From assembly GCA_035084275.1 (NCBI GenBank), contig CM068751.1, forward strand, positions 8,122,001 through 8,186,000: 64,000 nucleotides of DNA. The letters run 5' to 3'. The notes beneath the pieces were generated by a model. That model was not told the DNA's origin and did not search any database. It saw only the letters and a list, made by a program, of their open reading frames with translations. Below, in pieces: positions 23,608-36,313 of the stretch. Origin of the DNA: Hydrolagus colliei (taxonomy: Eukaryota). The position numbers were made by a program, and so were the translations under genes. The stretch's first letter is position 1; each line of letters begins with the position of its first letter.

Positions 23608-25047
23608 TTGATTTGGGGGATCATCAGCCAGGATACAGGAGAAATTACTGTGATGTGGTGTGTTTCAGATATTTTGGTGTTACAGGCACTATAAAAGCAC
23701 TAGGTTCTTTAGTTCTGTTTTGGTATGCATGACTATGTACTATTTTCTGCACTACGAAAAATAAATACACACCTCAGCATTTCAATGTGTTTATTGGTTT
23801 AGCGCATTAGATATCCAAACTCTGCAGTACTTAACACATAAAACTTTCAAACTTGCACCTTACTGTGAGACGCCCTTTAATACCAGCATCACATTAACTT
23901 GTGACTGTTCACACATTCTCACTAACTGCTCCCAGACAGAGTCAAAAGTGGCAACCCTTTGAGGCAATTCCTCCAATGTAGAACCATTCCACCTGCCGAT
24001 TGAAACACTACTTTGCTTTGTGTTGCTTAGTAACTAACTGCTTACAGTTCAAGAAAATATTATGCAATTTTTGTGAGAGTTCCATTTTTATTTCCTCATT
24101 TTTATTTCCTTTCACTCAAACTGCAACTCTATGAGACCAGTCACACTCCGGTTACTCAAATTAGTGATCTGTTCATTGCACGTTTATATTGGAAATTCCA
24201 TTCATATTTTTAACTATTGACTGCTATCGTGAGAGGCACCTCCGTCCACTTATCCCCCAAGAATCTAGCTGAGATTAATGGTTTGGAAGTTCTCTCGCTC
24301 CCTCTATATGTTCGTCAACTAAGGGAATGTTCATTTTCTTAGAGATAGTTAACTGCACCAAACACACGCTAAAAGCGTTAAAAATCAAATCAGTATTAAT
24401 ACGTTTCCATGTCTATTTCTGTTCTTGTTTTAATAATAGTCCGAATGTGGAGGACTGAAGGTATCATTTGGGATACACTCAGTCACTTAGTTTGCACGTG
24501 CATTAATGTTCATTTTCTCCAATAATAATCTATGCTTTTTTTTACATTAATACCACAAGTCTCACAATATCTTAACACGTTCTCAATCCCCACTAATGTC
24601 ATCAACAGTCACCATTTTTGTAAAAAAAATCAAACGAAATAACAGAAATAAAATCAAAGTGATGTTTAAATTTCACCCAAATTATTTTTAGCTTTAATAG
24701 AGGGCAAGAGACACTTTTATAGAGATGGGATGTCTCACCCTCAGGGCAAATCAAAAGCACATCAATTAAACTCTCTATATAATCATGTACTTATATTTTT
24801 TGTGTACAATGTATTCATAACAAGGTGGATGTCGAGCTGTGCTGGAACACTTTAATCTTATGGTACAATAGTTGCCTGTCAGATGGCTGTTAAGGATCTT
24901 AAGTAAAACATCTCAGCGAGCTCCCACTGGGTATTCATCCATACAGCAAACGTGGTCTGAAAGCCCATAAGGAAAGATAGTGAGGCGAGCCATGCAGTGA
25001 AGAATGCCCTTCTGAAGCTGTGATTCGGGCATCGTGTCAGACTGATG

Positions 25048-25260
25048 ATAATAACAATAACAATAATAATAATAATAATAGTACTTGCATTTGATATAGG
25101 CCTTCTCATGCTTCGAGTCTTCTCAAAATACTTTACAGGATCTACTGTAAAATGTAGTGAATGTGAAATGCGTCAGCCAATTGTGAACAGCGCTGTCCCA
25201 CAAAAAGTTGTGGATTGAGTGACCAAAGTATTATTATTATTATGTGAAGGGATTCTTATC
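25048..25260 (-). mobile_element. Older SINE fragment with long (AAT)n tail
   Basis: Diverged match to the 3' two-thirds. Confidence 0.75.
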
Positions 25261-25369
25261 CGCGGAAAAGCAATTTGCCAATCAACAAACAAGCGTGTTC
25301 CTACTTATTGCTTAGATAAACAGAGGCATATAGGGACATAGGGAGTATATTAAATATACTGTAATTTAC

Positions 25370-25444
25370 CTGATCTGCAGGTGTTTGCTTCTGTCAAAGT
25401 ATGACAAAGCAAATGCTGTGTTTCTCAGTCCCTCGTGATCATAA
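25370..25444 (-). other. Candidate internal exon (75 nt)
   Basis: Acceptor GTTTTTCACTTTTCTTGCAG| and donor CAG|GTAAAT. Open frame YDHEGLRNTAFALSYFDRSKHLQI, unrecognised. Confidence 0.3.
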
Positions 25445-25492
25445 CTGCAAGAAAAGTGAAAAACATTCATAGTATATTCTGTACTACATATT

Positions 25493-25770
25493 TAATAATA
25501 ATAATGATAATCCTTGAATTTGATATAGCGCTTTTCACATCTTATCAATGTCTCAATGCGCTTCACAGAATACTGTATGGAGTACTGTACAGTGAATTGA
25601 CTGTATATTTGTGGGCAAACGCGGCAGCCAATTGTGCACAGCAGTGTCCCACAAACAGTCATGGGATTGAATTGACCAATTTTTTTTCCAGGGGTTATTA
25701 TTAGGCGTGTGGAGCAAGGAAACTTCTCCACGGTTTTGCCCCGTCTGGAATCGAACCCTGGTTTCTCGCA
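25493..25770 (-). mobile_element. SINE, slightly 5'-truncated
   Basis: Consensus match. Confidence 0.9.
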
Positions 25771-27416
25771 TATATATGTATATATTTTTACTTAATTGTG
25801 TTTGTGTAAACTAACCCACAGTATTCTGGTAAATATTTCAACATGTAATTCTGGTGAAGGTCCAGATAAGGAACTAAATCATTTTGAAACAGTGAAAGTT
25901 ATCCTTTTAGAATCACAGAATTATAGCAAAATTACGATGTGGAGGAAGCAGGCCATTTGGACCAACTCAACAGCAAGCTGCTCAAACTGGACCTGAAAGT
26001 TTGTAAGCAGTCAAATCAGATACATTATCAACCATATAAAGTGTGAACTTCCAGCATTACAGCTATTTTCTCCTAGAGAAAAATACAGTCAACTCCGTGA
26101 AGCGCTTTGGGACATCTTGCAGACGTGATAAGGCGCTATACCAACTGCGAGGATTATTATTATCAATCACGTTATTCTGTTTCCATATATACAGAAAGAG
26201 AAGACTGTTACACTACGCAGAGTGTTTCCATGAGCGACATTGAAGAGGTTCATTGATTGTAAGAACATACCACTGGTGCCACAAACAAACACCACATCAC
26301 TTGCTCCATATTTGTATGGCTCATTAGCAATGGTTAAGCATAATCTATTTGTCACGTAAGTGCCTTGGGACGTCCTCCCGACGTGAAAGGCGCTCTAAAA
26401 ATGCAATGTTGTTTGTTGTTGTCACACCACCACCACTGAACATGTGCTTATGATCCATTATAATCATGAAACTGCACAGGATACCGTTTTTAAAACAAAA
26501 ATCCGGTATAAAATACCTATTTGGTGCTTGAGAGGCAAACCTGAAATCATTTTCATATGCTATGTATCAGATGTCCTTGCAATAGTGGTCTGGATTATGT
26601 TAATTGGACACATGATCAGAAAGTCTTGCTCTCAATCCAGTGCCTGAATCAGTCACTTGTAGATTTTAATTTGCTCATTATTTGCATTCAAGACAGGTAA
26701 TGATGAATATTTAACAGCAAGCAGGAGAGGAAATGTTGCTGTGGGGGTGGTGGGATAGTAGGTCAAGACAGCTGATTTTCAGGCATATAAAATGTGTGTA
26801 GGTGAGCTACTTAGAAGCAAGGAACACTAAAAATAAATGCTCCCTTCATCTGTGAGGAATATTTCAGAGAAACTATAACTGCAGATGGCAACCCGAATAA
26901 ATTGTGTTTCACTACCACATATTTGTTCAGCCCTTGCTAAAATGTAAAACAAATATCGTTTTTATTTGATGTGTTATTTTCTACAATTCTAGTTTGATTT
27001 CAAACTGTAGGAGGGCCATTCACCCCCAAGCTATTTTGCTTCTTTTCCGCTCAAAGAAAAATAATGAAGAACATGAGTAATAAACAGATTAATGAGCATG
27101 GTTTTAATTCTACACTTGCAATGCTGGTAGTTTCACATCTATTTCCTAGTTCTGTGGAGGTGTTTGAGTGCAGAACAAGCCGAGGAAACACAGGTAGCTA
27201 ACAATAAATTAACTAGTTCTTCTGATCTGGTGTTGCACTCAGCTTTTTGTGTAAATATCAATCCATCAGCTCAACCGAACTTCGTACTCAGGAAGTTTAC
27301 ATCCAAGAAATATGTCCAAGGTGATCAGGGCTCATGCAGCAATCTTCAAATCTGTTGAGGAAAATATGTCAAAATGTTTATGGAAAGAATTTGAAATAGT
27401 TCTGTGATACCATATA

Positions 27417-27628
27417 CAGTAAAAGCCTGTTTATCTGGCACCTGATCAACTGTAACTTCCGTATAACTGGCATCACAAAAAAAAAGGACTGCATTCGATC
27501 AACTAGAATTTATCCGGAAAAATGCTTACATTTTTTTAAAAAAAATTTCGTTTTCGGCTGAATATCCGGCACCGCTTTAATCGGCATTGGCCAGGTCCCG
27601 AGGGTGCCAGATAAACGGGCTTTTACTG
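27417..27628. mobile_element. 212-bp Tigger/pogo MITE, same family as 17809-19012
   Basis: TA|CAGTAAAAGCCTGTTTATCTGGCAC...GTGCCAGATAAACGGGCTTTTACTG|TA, with shared subterminal sequence (CTTCCGTATAAC, GGCCAGGTCCCG). Confidence 0.9.
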
Positions 27629-28049
27629 TACAAAAATTTGGAAAAAGATCCATAAATCTCCACCCAATACACTTGGGTAGGTGGCCAACACAATGGCACA
27701 AAGGTGCTGGAAACACTGGGCGAAATTCTACAGGCTGGTAAAAATTCAGATCATACACTTATGTGCACATACAAGAGGGACATCCCATTATAAGTGAGCA
27801 CTGCAAAGGTGAGTAACTGCCAACCAGCAAAAAACTGCACCAACTACAAGAGCAAAGGACCATTGGAATGAAACCATTGTCAACCTGGGCAAATTGAACT
27901 CGTCACGCTGCTCCTTCTCAGCTGGGGAACGATGAGAGGCAGTGTCAGAGGTGGACATAAAACAAGGAATGAAAATAAGGAATCACCCTAAAAACTTCCC
28001 AATCACATATTAGGACAAGTTTGCGAGGTTGTGGGGAGAGACCCTGGGA

Positions 28050-28150
28050 GGGGGAATGACTTTGAATGGCTCTTTTTTACAAAGAGCTGGCACCAACACG
28101 ATGGGCCAAATGACCTCCTTTTGTGCTGTAAAATTCTATGATTCTATGAT
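28050..28150 (+). mobile_element. CR1 LINE 3' end
   Basis: GATGGGCCAAATGACCTCCTTTTGTGCTGTAAA followed by the CR1 (ATTCTATG)n terminus. Confidence 0.85.
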
Positions 28151-30023
28151 ATCAGATGGCAACGGGCAAAGCAGGTTTTTCTTCACAATGAATTACGCAT
28201 ACATCGCACTCCGCCAGTGTCAAGCGCTCTGGGATGCTACCCTGCACGAGATATGCTATATAAATTCACTTTGTTGTTGTATACAGCCCAATATTACTGC
28301 CTATGTTATGTTGAAAACTGCTCAGATATGAAAGTTTAATATCTAGCAGAAACTTTGCAATTTTTAACAAGAAAAAACAATCTGTTGATTGGTTCTAGAA
28401 TTTGGTAAATGTTGTTAAACATCTGTGCCTACCTGGAAAAAAATATTACCCTAAATTTAATGCTATTTCCTGCATTTGGGATTAAGGAAATGTTCCTATT
28501 TGCAAACACATTTTGAAACAAAACTTGAATTCCAACAGTGAATTTAAATCATAAGATCTTACAACAATTTTCCCTTCTGTACAAACTGATAAGAAGAACT
28601 CTAATTTGGAATGTGCAATTTATTCTCTTTGACTGGTAATGTAGCTTGTCGTGAAATAAAGTGAAATAAATTTGTACAGACATCTGTGACAATATTATAA
28701 ACTGTAATAGAAAGTGAAACATTAAAATTAGTGATGCAACATAGAAGAATTTGGTGATCCAGTCAAGATTTCCTAACGGTATTACTCCAGATCTGGTCAA
28801 CTAATGTGAACTGACTTGAAACTACAAGATTAATGTAGCAAACGCAATGGGTAACAACTAATTTGTATTAATGGTGTTTTTTGTGTGGGTTACAGATTAA
28901 AGCAAACTTAATCTAACTTCCATAAGTCACTGCAGCATTCAAGTTAAAAATGCACTTTGCAGATCGATTATTCAGAATATATCATTTTGTTTTCATGCAG
29001 CTACTTAAAAATAGATCAAAAGTGATCTTAACCAGATTTCTGTCAGAGACGTGATGGACTATATTCCCACCCCCTATTACAGTTGCTCATGTGGAATGAA
29101 TATCTCTATATTAATACCAAAAGGATTTCATTCAGCAAACGCACAGATGGCAAGCTAAGCTGAGGGGAACATTTTGAATGTGGTTGTTTGTTGGCCAACG
29201 ACCACACATGATTCTTTTATATTGCGTGGCTGTATATTAAAAGCCAAGGCCAAGTTGGAATCTGTATTGGAAGGGAATAGTTGGATACTGTCAGATCAGG
29301 TTTGTACCCATGGTAACATTATTACTGACCCTGCACATCATTGTTCTGCAGCTCAACAAAATAAGGTTCAATGATACCGCTGCTGCTGTTAGATCTATAA
29401 TTAACCATACTATTGGCATTCTGCACGTGCATTTTAGATGTTTGCATCAGACACAGCTTTTTTTAGGACACTTCTAGGGAAGTCTACAATTATAGAGGTT
29501 GTCTCTCTCTCTCTCTAAAACATTGGTGAAGTTGTCAAAGGGTTCGCACAAGAGAATAAACCCAGTGATGAATGCAGACTAAACTCTCCATAGAATGGAA
29601 ACTAAACTCAAGACATGCCAACCCCAAGTCTGAAATATCGTTGCTCCGCAGAAACAAAACCAAAGTCGCTTTTCTAACACAAAGGATTTTTCTGAAACGT
29701 ACAAATTTCGCAGCAAATGTAAAAATGATCTGAAGGCTTTGATATAGGATGTGATTTATTCCGGTTTGGATCCGGATATCAAAAATAATCTTTTGTTTAA
29801 AAAATAGCTAATATTTAGATTGTTCTGTAACATAGTATTATTATCTAAAGCACCATTTGCTGCAACTTAATTTATGAACAATTTGATTTATGAGGAAAGA
29901 TAATGTCGTTTAGGCTGATATATATTACAAAACCTATTTAGAGAGACGTTAACTATTTCAATAGGTACAATTTTCACTTTTTCATTACTCACATCACTGA
30001 GGTGATTTGAGCGTGTAAATAAT

Positions 30024-30210
30024 CAACAACAACAACTTCGATTTATATAGCGCCCTCCACGCCGGACAGCGTCTCAGAGTGCAAATCTAATCATTCTAAT
30101 AATAAACCAGGCATTTGATGTAGAGCCATATCACGTCTTTGAGACATCTCAAAGCGCTTCACAGGATATGCTGCAAAGTGAATTGACAGTGTATTTTGTG
30201 GGCAAAACAG
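30024..30210 (-). mobile_element. L2 tail plus SINE 3' fragment
   Basis: (CAA)n-CTTCGATTTATATAGCGCCC then (AAT)-GCATTTGATGTAG...GTGGGCAAAAC. Confidence 0.75.
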
Positions 30211-31305
30211 ATTGGGGGGAGGTGGTGGGAGGGGGTGTGGAAGAGATTAAAGGTGCATAAATGTGGGATGGTAGGGGCAGAGAGGGAGGCAACAAGGGGG
30301 CTAGAGATTGTTTGCCTTTCACTGACAAATCCTCCAATTCTATGTGTCCCTTTTTTTTATTTGAACTCAGCAAATCGCCATCTGAGCATGATGAAATGCT
30401 GAAAATATTCTGTCCAAATATGCATGAACAGATGCAGTTGCAGTGAATTCCGATTGATAATATAATTATTCTGCTTACATTAGATGAAACCAGCCTGGAC
30501 ACAAACAGCTGACTGTGTGTTTTGTGGGGGCGTGGGGGGGGGCTGTGAGAATATTGAACAGCACCAGCCACTTCCCCCTTTCTCTCACACACAGGGTCAG
30601 TTCCTAGCTTCGGAGCTTTATGAAAGTATTTGCAATTGTGTGAGTACGGTTTGAGAATCGCACACACTGTGGCAGCTTCTATCCAGCAAATTTAAAAGGG
30701 AATTTGACTGTGATTTTAGCAAAGAGGTCCAGTGGAGGGTAAGAGGGATAGAATAAAGTACCGAATAACCTTTTGATTTATTTTATTGCGGGAGCTGCCA
30801 AGTACAGCTTCAAATAAAATAAATGATCCTTTCTGGTTCTATAACCTCCTTTGGGATTGATGTTTTACGCTCTTAATGATTGGCAGCAGCAGCAGCAACT
30901 GATGTTTCAAATTGAGTTAATAAACCGAGAAATTAAACATATTTATGTATTTAAATTTTTTCCACCTAACACATCAGTTAAAGATGCTTCTACTTTTGCA
31001 ATGGTTTGATCCCAACTACTACTCGCCTGCAATTATTTTCTCTCACACCCATACAAAATTGTTCGAACTCAACTCCTTGACTGAGAAATTCTGCCTCCCT
31101 TAAACTTAAGTTAAGAGTGTGATAGGAAACTCATATTAAGGATATCTTATTCCAAACAAGTAATCGTGAGTCGTGGAAGCGTCATTAGTGGGAGAAACGG
31201 GAGCTTTTCATCTCAACAAATCGTGCTGCGTTTGGAGAGATCTCTCACCGTAAAAACTTTGCAAGTGCATCATTAGATCTTAATACGTCTGTTTGTTTAG
31301 GAACA

Positions 31306-31461
31306 ACTGTTTGTGGGACTCTGATGTGCGTATTTGGCTGACGTGTTTGGCCCACAAAACACACAGTCAATTCACTTGACAGTATATTCTGTGAAGCACT
31401 GTGAGTCGTCTAGAAGACACGATACAGCGCAATCTCAAAGGATTATTAACCTTATTATATT
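31306..31461 (+). mobile_element. SINE 3' half
   Basis: ACTGTTTGTGGGAC...GGATTATT. Confidence 0.8.
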
Positions 31462-32748
31462 AGATCCTGATCATTGGATTCTGTGTGGATTATCTATGTG
31501 TCACTAATGATAACCAATGGTGATAATGACCGCGCTTGTTGAGTTTTGTTTGTGGATTTCACACTTTCTGTTGAGTGACAATTCGAATAATTCAATAAAA
31601 ATGTTTCACAAAAAGAACCTCCCGATTAGTATTCGAAAATACTCATTAGAGCAAGTTGATGTTTCAGGCAATGTGACCTGGTGTAAATGACACAAATATC
31701 ACTCATGACTGAGGGAGGACTTCTGTCTCATGAATAACAATTCTGTTTGTAGCAGAATTTTTACCGTTTCCTACCAATAGGTGGAGATATAGCATTACAA
31801 AAAGCATCTTTCATTTATAAGCCATCCCGAACGCAAGCAACTAAACATGCTAAGTCCAATTAATTTCCTTCACAGTGGGCTCATATTAAATTTGTATTGC
31901 AGAAAACAGGCGAGAGTTACAAGTCTCCAACCACAGCCAAAATTGATCTGTGACCCTGCCACAGTCACACAATCTCCTCGCATTTGAGAGCTACTCACTC
32001 TCTTTCCTTGCTGCTTGCCTTGCTCCTCTCATGAACACTTTTCTCCTCGTTTAGACTGAACTCCCCACTCTCATTCTCAACCCTCTGCTCATCTTGCTAA
32101 TTATTCTTTCACCCCCACTGATCTCCGTTCCTATTTCCCCTCACATGCTCCCGGATCGGAGCACCTTTGTAATCATAGGATTACCTCTAGCAAAATACAT
32201 CAATAGTATTTTTAGTCAATATCGCCAAACTACCTCCCAGCCCCCCACCCAGTCCCACAACCCCAACCCCTGCCTAAGCAATCCCCGTGCTCTTTGTAAA
32301 GCACTTGGGGACATTCATCCAACATCAAAAGTATTATATCAGTGCAAATTGTTTTAAGCGGATACACGAGGGACATGCGGTATAAACAAAGCACACATTA
32401 TGAAAGTGGTTTATTCATGGTTTGTTTCGTATTATATATTTAAAGGTGCCACTTTGCAAATGGCAGCTTTGGACAGTCATGTAGGGAATTGTAACGGTGA
32501 CCAAACAAATATTTTGAGAAACAGGGCAATGCAATTCTGAAAAAAAAAAAGTCATAACACTAAGGTTTGATCTTTCAGGGTGGATTGGCTGGAACATTAG
32601 AATTTATCACAGCTCCTTGGGTTACAGAAGGAGAAAAACAGCCACTAAATGTATCTTGACGATTGCCTCATTTCACCCACAAGGTATTGTCAATTAACTT
32701 TTCAGTATAATCTGTTGAAGCGCTTTGAGACATCTAGAAGACATGATA

Positions 32749-33083
32749 ATAATAATAATCCTTGCATTTGTTACAGCACTTTATAGATCCTATCGACGTC
32801 TCAAAGTGCGTCACAGAATATACTGTAAAGTGAATTGACTGTATACTTTGTGAATGAAACGCGGCAGCCTATTGCGCACAGCAGTGTCCCACAAACAGTC
32901 GTGGATTGAAAATGACCAATTTTTATTATTGTGGGTTTTTTTGGACGGATTATTAATGGGTGTGTGGAGTTAGGAAACTTTATAAGGTTTTGCCCTGATC
33001 TGCCTGGATTCGAACACAGGTCTCACAAAACACACAGCACTTGTAAGGCGAGTGCTCTAACCACTGAACTACAGGAGCTCCAC
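32749..33083 (-). mobile_element. Full-length SINE nested inside an older plus-strand SINE (32662-32748 and 33084-33118)
   Basis: The host copy breaks at GAAGACATGATA and resumes at GATACGGCACAATATCAAATGC; GATA is duplicated. Confidence 0.85.
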
Positions 33084-33929
33084 GATACGGCACAATATCA
33101 AATGCAATGATTATTATTGCACTGAAATTCCTCTGTCGATATTTTTGTGCAGGCATTGGATGGACAGAGGATTGGTAGGTGGGGTGGATGCATTCCCCCA
33201 ACAATTGGATGGACTCCCAGTTCTTACTGTCTAAGGTTCTTCTCTTATAAAAGGAATGGTCACTATTCATTGAGTAACTGGCAATCACGGAGCTGAATTC
33301 TAACAGAAGTAAAAGTAAAACAACTTCAGCAGAGAAAACGAGAGAAGGAAATTGATCGTTTCCTTCCCTCGAAAAAGAAGCCAAACAAAAACATAACTCG
33401 ATCAAAATGCTTAAAGATGGATATAATTTGTAGTGTAACACAATTTTTTCATGCACAGTGAATCATGATAAAATAACTATTCATAATTCAAGTTGGATAA
33501 ATACTGAGGGATGAAAACTTATTTCCACAGAGACAGTGTAATTAATTGAATACTAAAAATACTCATTAACACGCTTCATTTTATATATGTTTTATATATA
33601 TGGTTCAACACCCGACACAAGTTGTAGGAATTGCCTGTCATAATTATACCCAGTTATTCACTCACAAAGTGTAGCAAACTGTGGGCATAAATATCACGTT
33701 CCATGGATGGCTGGTCAAATGCCTTTGTCACATTCTCCTGTTCAGTTCAGGTCATCCGTCACAGTGAACAATAAAATAGATGACACCCCTGACATTGCAT
33801 GGTGCAATAATGTTACGGCCATCAAATGCTCAGTCACGTCCGACTTCGATAATAAGTTTAGTTTTGAAACTGACGCATCTTCAAAAACAAAACTGCCACA
33901 AAATCAGCAGAGCTTGGCCGAGTGATTAT

Positions 33930-34042
33930 ATAATATAATCCTTGTATTTGATATAGCGCTTTTCATGTCTTCTAGACGTCTCAAAGGACTTCACAGCATA
34001 TTCTTTAAAGTGAATTTACTGTATATTTTTTGGTGGGCAAAA
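33930..34042 (-). mobile_element. SINE 3' fragment
   Basis: Consensus tail match. Confidence 0.85.
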
Positions 34043-35177
34043 TTAAGCTAAGCCGTGTAGGGTGTGACTTTAAACTGTACGCTACAAAAAGTATATTTGA
34101 TTAAAAGGGGAGTAAAGTTATAGGTGGAGACTCTTGAGGAGTAGAGTACTGTATAAGCTATGACACAGACTGTTTTGGGCGAGTGGCATGTTTCCCGTGC
34201 TGTAAGTTCTTTATAAATCTTTGTAAACCTTCTGAAACAAATGTGAGCCTTTACGTTTATGGGAGACCTGGGAAAATTATGTACACATGCAGTATGCACA
34301 TATAGCATGTGTGCCAAACAGGAAGCAGTATTGAGAGGCCGATTCTGTCTCACCTGCTCCAGCTCCAGAAGGCTGTAAATATAAGTAATGGTATAGTTTG
34401 GGTGATTTAAACAGCGACGGTACGCCTAACGGCTCCAATCCAGGTGTCAGTGAAAACCTCTTTAAAGACTACAGTAGATTCATAACTTAATAAAGTGAAA
34501 TATATATACACACTTCAAAACGCAATACAGTACATTAGCAATTACTGAACGTACACATTTTTGAAAGGATAACACTCATTTGGCACCACAACAGCAAACC
34601 AAACTGCACTTTGGTTATCCTGCCACACCAAAGTCGGATCCTGAATTCATTTACGCAAAAACATGTTTTATTGAAATCCCAGCATTTTTAAGCTGACTTA
34701 ATGCTGGGCTCTCAATAGAAATCCGATCACTCCAAAAGTCCTGTGCAACTTATTTTTATGCTGACATCTTTTAAGGTCAGACATTAAATCAATCATTTAA
34801 CACCCATTAAAAATACTTCACTTGAAGTCAGGCGATGTTTATATACTGCGGTTTAAATGAACTGATTTACACAGGTAAGTGAAAACACTACATTTACAAT
34901 GGTGCAAACAAATACTGCTCACAGTGTGATTTATATCATGAAAGTGGAAAATACAAAGTGTTAACAATTAACATGAATCACCCAAATATAGTCTTGAAGT
35001 GCTTGCTGTCCCCATGGAATATTCAAGTTAATTCAAAAACAGAAACGTAGCTTAATATTAGCTGAATATGGCAAGTGAGCCAGAAGAAATTACAGGAACC
35101 CTTGAATAATAAAATTATCAACCAACAAAAAAGGGATCAGTTGCTAATTTTGCAATCAATTAATTAATCGGTTTCAT

Positions 35178-35456
35178 TAATAATTATCTTTGCATTTGAT
35201 ATAGCGCTTTTCAGGCCATCTAGACGTCTCAAGGCGCTTCACAGAACATACCATATATTAGTGGGTAAAACGCGGCAATCAATTTCGCACAGCAGTGTCC
35301 CACATGGATTTAAATTTCTTACTTTTTTTTTGTGAGGGATTGTTATCAAACGTGTGGAGTAAGGATACTTGCCCAAGGTTTTGCCCTGCCGGGAATCGAA
35401 CCCAGGTCTTCCGTTTGCAAGTCGAGTGCTCTAATCTCTGAGCTACAGGAGTCCAC
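35178..35456 (-). mobile_element. Full-length SINE (older head variant)
   Basis: Head reads GTGGACTCCTGTAGCTCAG...TTGCAAACGGAAGACCTGGGTTCGATTCCCGGCAGGG on the minus strand. Confidence 0.9.
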
Positions 35457-36103
35457 AAATTCATAGATTTAAAATTCGTAATCCATTGGTTAATTACACA
35501 GTTAAAGGCATCTGTGATTTCCTCTGTGCAGATGTTCACATAAGGGTTGCATATTGCATCTCTTATTCATACATTTACACATGGTTTACATGTGGTGCAT
35601 GGAGAGCCCAAACAAAAATAAACCTCAAAGACTGTCCTCTCAGTGTATGCAAGGGCATGCATGGTTTATCAGTTACAAACAAACAGAAATAACTTATTGT
35701 AAAAGACACAAGTATAATGGCAGACACAGTATCATTACCCTTTCCATTGCCTCCATCCAAACTCCAACAAACAATCGGTAATTGTGGGAAACACACAATT
35801 TGAATTCTCATCTGCCTACATACATGCACAACAAAAGCAAAACCATCAGAACACAAGGTCTGTGTGTCAAAACAGTTTGTCTGTCAGTCCCTAGGGAGTG
35901 GCCAAAAGTATAGTAACTTGCCCTGCCGTGAAATACATGTACATTGGATCTTACACAGGCCCCACACAGTGCAAATAATAGGACGAATAAATGTAGGCTA
36001 ACCTTATCTTCCCTAGAACCATTCTTAGTATTTTCCACCTTGTGAAACAATTCCACAGCCTGCACTCGGATGTTAGCAGTACATGTTTTGGGCCAACAAT
36101 TTG

Positions 36104-36313
36104 AACAGCGGCAGCCAGTTGCGCACAGCAGTATCCCACAACCGGTCGTGGATTGAGTTACCAAATTATTGTTGTTGGGGGTTTTTTTATTGAGGGATTA
36201 TTATCAGGTTTGTGGAGTAAGGAAATTTGCCCAAGGTTTCGTCCTGTTGGGAATCGAATTCAGGTCTCTCGTTTACAAGGCTAGCGCTCTAACCACTATG
36301 CTACAGACCTCCC
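36104..36313 (-). mobile_element. SINE 5' two-thirds
   Basis: Head and core present, tail absent. Confidence 0.85.

Noticed and set aside
30149-30667. Longest ORF in the track (172 aa, minus)
   Set aside because: Low-complexity, ends in a SINE, no recognisable domain or coherent splice context.
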